From assembly GCA_001599295.1 (NCBI GenBank), contig BCGN01000011.1, positions 248,001 through 312,000 of the forward strand: 64,000 bases of DNA. The letters are read 5' to 3'. This document shows, piece by piece, positions 59,488 through 64,000 of this stretch. The position numbers were made by a program, and so were the translations under genes. The notes beneath the pieces are model-generated. The model saw only the letters and a list, made by a program, of their open reading frames with translations. It did no database searches and was not told the origin of the DNA. Numbering within the stretch: the stretch's first letter is position 1; each line of letters begins with the position of its first letter. The DNA comes from Sporopachydermia quercuum. Lineage: Eukaryota.

Positions 59488-61365
59488 ATGTTGAGAACAT
59501 CAGTTAGAACTGTGAGATACTTCTCATCTTCCATTGCCAGAAAGTCAGGGCAAGTTCCCCCTGGATATGTGGAAAACTTGGCAAAAGGAGCAATGCTTCG
59601 ATTTCAAGATTCCTTACCGAAGTTACCTGTTCCTACTCTTGCGGAAACTTGTGATAAGTACTTGAGATCAGTTCAACCACTTACGACCGATGCTGAATTT
59701 AATAAGACCAAGAATGCCGTGGAAGAATTTTTGGCTCAAGGATCATTGGCACATACATTGCAAACCCGACTGTTAGAGAAATCACAAGATCCCAACGTAC
59801 GAAACTGGCTATACGATTGGTGGAATGATGCTGCTTATCTTTGCTATAGAGGACCAGTTGTACCTTATGTATCTTATTTCTACTCTTACAAGAACGATCC
59901 AGCTCGAACTGAACCCGCCAAAAGAGCTGCAGCTATCGTTTCAGCTGTTTTGACTTTTAAGCACGAAGTTGATACCAAATCATTGGAACCTGATTACATG
60001 AAAGGCTTGCCAATGTGTATGGATTCGTTCAAATATATGTTCAATGTTTGCAGAATACCCGCTGAAGGCAGAGATTACCCTAAAAGCTATTCTGAAGCTG
60101 AAAACAAATTCTTTCTTGTAATCAGGAAGAACAGATTCTACAAGGTTTATCATGAGGTCGACGGTAAAGTATTGACCACTGGTGAATTAGAAGTGTTATT
60201 CAATAAGATCTACAATCAAACCGCTGATTTAGCTGAAGCTCCTGGGGTTGGTTTATTAACCTCTGAACATCGTGATAAATGGACTAACTTCCGTAAGAAT
60301 CTCGTTACTGGAAGTGCTACAAATGAAAAATCATTGGAAGCAATTCAAGCATCATCCTTTGTAATCTGTTTAGATAATGCCACACCAACTACATCCGAGG
60401 AAAAAGCTCATCAATACTGGCATGGTGATGGTGCTAATAGATTCTATGACAAGCCTCTTCAATTCATCATCAACGACAACGGTACTGCTGGTTTCATGGG
60501 AGAGCATTCTATGATGGACGGTACTCCTACTCATAGAATCAATGACTATATCTGTGATGTAATCAAGGGCAACAAGATTGAGCTTTCTGAAGTTGTTCGT
60601 GATGATGTAGTAGCTGGTGCTGAACCACAGGAATTGCCATTCGAAATCTCCGAACAAGTTGCTTCAGATATCGAAGAAGCATATACAGATTTTGATAACG
60701 AAATCCGTCTTCACGACCTTAAAGTCTTTGACTATCAAACCTATGGTAAAAACCAAATCAAGAAGTTCAAAGTGTCTCCTGATGCCTACATTCAAATGAT
60801 CATTCAACTCGCATATTATAAACTCGTCGGTAAGAGCAATCCTACCTATGAATCAGCTACCACTCGTCGTTTCCAACAAGGTAGAACCGAAACATGCAGG
60901 TCTGTTTCAAACGAGTCTGTTGCATTTGTTAAGACTATGAGTGACCCTTCAGCATCCAATGAATCCAAATACGAAGCTGCAATTGCTGCTATNAAGGCAC
61001 ATTCTAAATACATTGCTGATGCTTCTGACGGCAAGGGTGTCGACAGACATTTGTTTGGTCTTCGTAAATTAATAAAGTCTGACGAAAAAACACCTGCCTT
61101 ATTCAGGGACCCTAGTTTCACGTACTCTGGTTCGTGGTACCTTTCTACATCTCAATTGTCATCGGCTCACTTTGATGGATATGGTTGGTCACAAGTAATT
61201 GATACTGGGTTTGGATTAGCATATATGATCAACCCTGATTCACTCCATGTTAATATTGTCTCTAAGAAATTAGGAGTTGAAAAGATGGCCGAAAAACTTA
61301 CTGAAGCTGCCGATGAAATATTTCTTGTTTTCCAGAAACAGCTTGGTGAACAAGCAAAGCTTTAA
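59488..61365 (+). CDS. CAT2: Carnitine O-acetyltransferase, mitochondrial/peroxisomal
   Basis: LPKLPVPTL, NRFYDK, catalytic EHSMMDG, TYESATTRRF, GVDRHLFGL, STS; N-terminal presequence and C-terminal PTS1 AKL. Confidence 0.96.
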   Translation: MLRTSVRTVRYFSSSIARKSGQVPPGYVENLAKGAMLRFQDSLPKLPVPTLAETCDKYLRSVQPLTTDAEFNKTKNAVEEFLAQGSLAHTLQTRLLEKSQDPNVRNWLYDWWNDAAYLCYRGPVVPYVSYFYSYKNDPARTEPAKRAAAIVSAVLTFKHEVDTKSLEPDYMKGLPMCMDSFKYMFNVCRIPAEGRDYPKSYSEAENKFFLVIRKNRFYKVYHEVDGKVLTTGELEVLFNKIYNQTADLAEAPGVGLLTSEHRDKWTNFRKNLVTGSATNEKSLEAIQASSFVICLDNATPTTSEEKAHQYWHGDGANRFYDKPLQFIINDNGTAGFMGEHSMMDGTPTHRINDYICDVIKGNKIELSEVVRDDVVAGAEPQELPFEISEQVASDIEEAYTDFDNEIRLHDLKVFDYQTYGKNQIKKFKVSPDAYIQMIIQLAYYKLVGKSNPTYESATTRRFQQGRTETCRSVSNESVAFVKTMSDPSASNESKYEAAIAAXKAHSKYIADASDGKGVDRHLFGLRKLIKSDEKTPALFRDPSFTYSGSWYLSTSQLSSAHFDGYGWSQVIDTGFGLAYMINPDSLHVNIVSKKLGVEKMAEKLTEAADEIFLVFQKQLGEQAKL

Positions 61366-61765
61366 GCAGTTTGGTTACCATTTAATAACATATTTATAAA
61401 TATAGATCTGAAATGAATTATATACGTTGTTATGTCAGTTTCTCGACCATAGATTATTAGTACACCTTCCAATTGGTTTACTTCAAATAGTCAAATGCGT
61501 AAAACATGCAATAATCACTAGTTTAAACATCCGCCAATGGTAATACAACTATTGATCCATTATTTTGCTATACCACTCAATTGTAAGTTAACAAATGTAC
61601 AAACTAAGTAAATGTGTAGATTCGGAAATCAATATCATCTCATTCAATCACTATTATGTAAAAAATTCATCAACATCGTTCTACTAATTAAAGATTCTCT
61701 GAATATTTTCTTTCCTCCATTTCGATCATCACGTTTATATACAAGTCAAATACCGAGCCTTTTCT

Positions 61766-62274
61766 TTACCACCAATTTCCGTTCCTTCTATCACTACCTC
61801 TTTGACTTAACCAGGCTTTTTTACATTCTCTGTACGCCTTGAAATACTCCCAGCACTTTTCTTTATCATAGTCGTTTCTTTCTAAACATTTTATTGACAT
61901 GTTGGACGATTCTCTACAAGGATCATAGAACTGTGAAGGTTGTTTCCTATATTAGTGAGTTAGTATCAACATCATCTTGTTTAGGCAGTAAAGGTTTTTC
62001 CCTATTAGCATCACCAGCTTGTGATATAGCATAGGTACATTAGCGGAAACATCACATACGCTCTGAAGGCATTCTTATGTTCATCATCTACTGGGTTGTC
62101 AGGATAAAACTTGTAACTCCCAGTGGAATCTTTTTGAGTAAACTTCACTCTATTTATGTCATAATCCACCTTGCCTTCATCACTAATGCCCTTAGTAGAA
62201 TATTCCTTTGGTGTCACCAAACTCCTCTGATTATTATCAAGAGGAGGCGAAGAGGTAGATTCTGACGATGCCAT
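61766..62274 (-). CDS. COX23: Twin CX9C cytochrome oxidase assembly factor Cox23, 131 aa, 2 exons
   Basis: Exon 1 62274-62060, intron 62059-61947 (GTATGT...TACTAAC...TAG), exon 2 61946-61766: FYPDNP...[42 protein letters not shown]. Confidence 0.93.
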
Positions 62275-62825
62275 TGGAAGTACTGGAAAATCAAATCAAA
62301 TAACAGTAAACACACTAAACTGTGTCTACAATACAAATTACTAACAACCAAATAAACTAAGCTTTCTGCAAGTCACCATCTCCAAATTTTTTACTAGTCT
62401 CCTATTGCCTACACATATCACTTGGAGATTACAGATTACTTTGGCTTGTTGGTGATTGAATGANAATGAATCCTCAGAGACGAAACAGCTTCAGAACCCC
62501 CTCAAAAAAGACAGCACATGAAGTCTCATCTCAAAGTTAAGTTTAACCTCAAGTAGCTAATCTCCCAATGGGAAAGTCAAACCTAAACAACTTTTGTGTA
62601 AGTCGAAAAGAATAATTCTGGAAACAGAGAAAAAAAAGTCATCAAGTGCATGTGAAGAGTTCCGAATGATGAACAAAAAATTTGGGACTGGTAATAGGAG
62701 CTCTGATGATTGATCTATAATATTGAAGATACTGAGAATAGAGAATTGAATTTTTGGATATTTTGTGCTTAATAATTAATTAGTAAGCTAATAAGAGAGT
62801 GAGAGTAAACAGTTCAGCTTAAGTA

Positions 62826-64000
62826 ATGAGTGTCAGAGAATCTGGATCAGGTATGTTGATTATTATTAACTATCAGCAGTAGGATAATGCCTTATTTGGC
62901 GTATAACTTATTGGTGGTGGGAAAAAAGCAAAATGAGAGAAGTTTGCTTATTTTCTTCAAGAACATAATTCTAACTGCTGTTCAGACGTTCTTTGTAAGA
63001 GATGCAAGAAAGAACAATCAATTTTGGTCTCAAGAAAAGAGCCTTTTTGCAAGTAAGTAACCTGGCGATAGTACTCACTCGTTGTAAAAGGTGGAGATCA
63101 AAGGATGAGAGCCGCAGACTTTAAGTAAAGCGACCAAATATTAACAAGCATGCAGATCATGCTTTCTGAGGTTTCTTAGGGGTAAGCAGAGAAAAGCTCT
63201 AGATAATTACAAAGTAGACTGGAAAAGTGAAGATGGAAGTGAACCAACTGTGCTATTACCTTTGTCGCTTGGTAAAAACTCTTTAACACTTCTAGACATG
63301 GTAGCTGATTTGTTAAGAGAACAGAAAGCGCACAACAGAGGGCGCAGAGGATTTAAACTAATTGCAGTTATAATTGATGAGTCGGATGCTTTCAGAAAGA
63401 CCGCCACAACTGATGTTAAGAACCGTTTGGATCGACTGAAAGTGAGATATGAAAACGAATGCAAAATCTATTATATCAACATAAGAAGTTATATAATGAA
63501 TCAAAATTTAAGTGAGATCATAATGGATGAACATTATCATACAACAGTCAAAACTGATAAGATTCCGGATGATAAGTTAGAACAAATGCCCTTTGACTAC
63601 ATATTGCAACAACTAGGCCCCAGAACATCAATTCAAGATACCATAAGCATATTCCGACGAAGAATAGTCATTGAAACAGCTAAAAAGTTTTCCTGCACAA
63701 CTATCATTTGGGGTCATTCCATGACAAAATTAGCAGAACTTGTCTTATCATTAACCACTAAGGGTAAGGGAAATATAATAGCGAGAGAACTTTCAGAGTA
63801 TAACGAAGCTGTTGAGCCTGTCACCCAAATGTATCAAATCCATCCTCTGAGAGATATTTTAGCATCAGAAATTGATCACTATATCGATCTTCAGAATTTG
63901 TCAGAGTTAGTTCTTGATTTCTCACCTTTAGACCCTAAGATAAGCTCAAGACAATTAACAATTGATGAATTGACAAAACAGTATTTTCAGTCTATATCAG
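62826..64000 (+). CDS. NCS2: Cytoplasmic tRNA 2-thiolation protein Ncs2/CTU2, 3' end beyond window
   Basis: Exons 62826-62850, 62986-63052 and 63156->64000 give MSVRESGSDVLCKRCKKEQSILVSRKEPFCKSCFLRFLRGKQRK...VLLPLSLG...IIWGHSMTKLAELVLSLTTKGKG...HPLRDIL..EI. Confidence 0.9.

Noticed and set aside
53539..62274. Metabolic or mitochondrial gene cluster (ECH, TOM70, CAT2, COX23)
   Set aside because: The functions do not form one pathway, and the adjacency is largely explained by ancestral synteny.
2300..63464. Many 60-200 aa ORFs overlapping real genes, antisense or out of frame (e.g. 3274-3648, 17406-17789, 47909-48511, 63207-63464)
   Set aside because: Shadow ORFs of coding or low-complexity sequence, often with non-ATG starts and no motifs.

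Overview
This is an AT-rich budding-yeast (Saccharomycotina) nuclear window using the standard genetic code: CTG sits at conserved Leu positions in BCS1, VPS74 and MEP. It encodes a respiratory complex I subunit, so it is not a Saccharomyces-type yeast. I find 19 protein genes: SFL1-like HSF factor, WIP1/CENP-W, BCS1, UBP2, VPS74, NDUFS8/NUIM, ferric reductase, RSM28, OSH1/2, MEP1/3-type permease, CSN2, RTT105, RRP40, FIG4, enoyl-CoA hydratase, TOM70, CAT2, COX23 and a partial NCS2. Seven of them are split by 13 spliceosomal introns that the ORF track misses. There are two tRNA genes, Leu-AAG and intron-containing Tyr-GTA. The standout feature is a head-to-tail stack of five 258-268 bp TG...CA solo-LTR-like units (20849-22194) ending 11 bp before tRNA-Leu. 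Its junctions read as 5-bp target-site duplications from repeated integration at the Pol III start site. Units 2-5 each carry two CACGTGAC (Cbf1/CDEI-type) motifs, and the reconstructed empty site is a 12-bp-arm palindrome overlapping the tRNA 5' end. All identifications come from reading the sequence and recalled family motifs; no searches were run.
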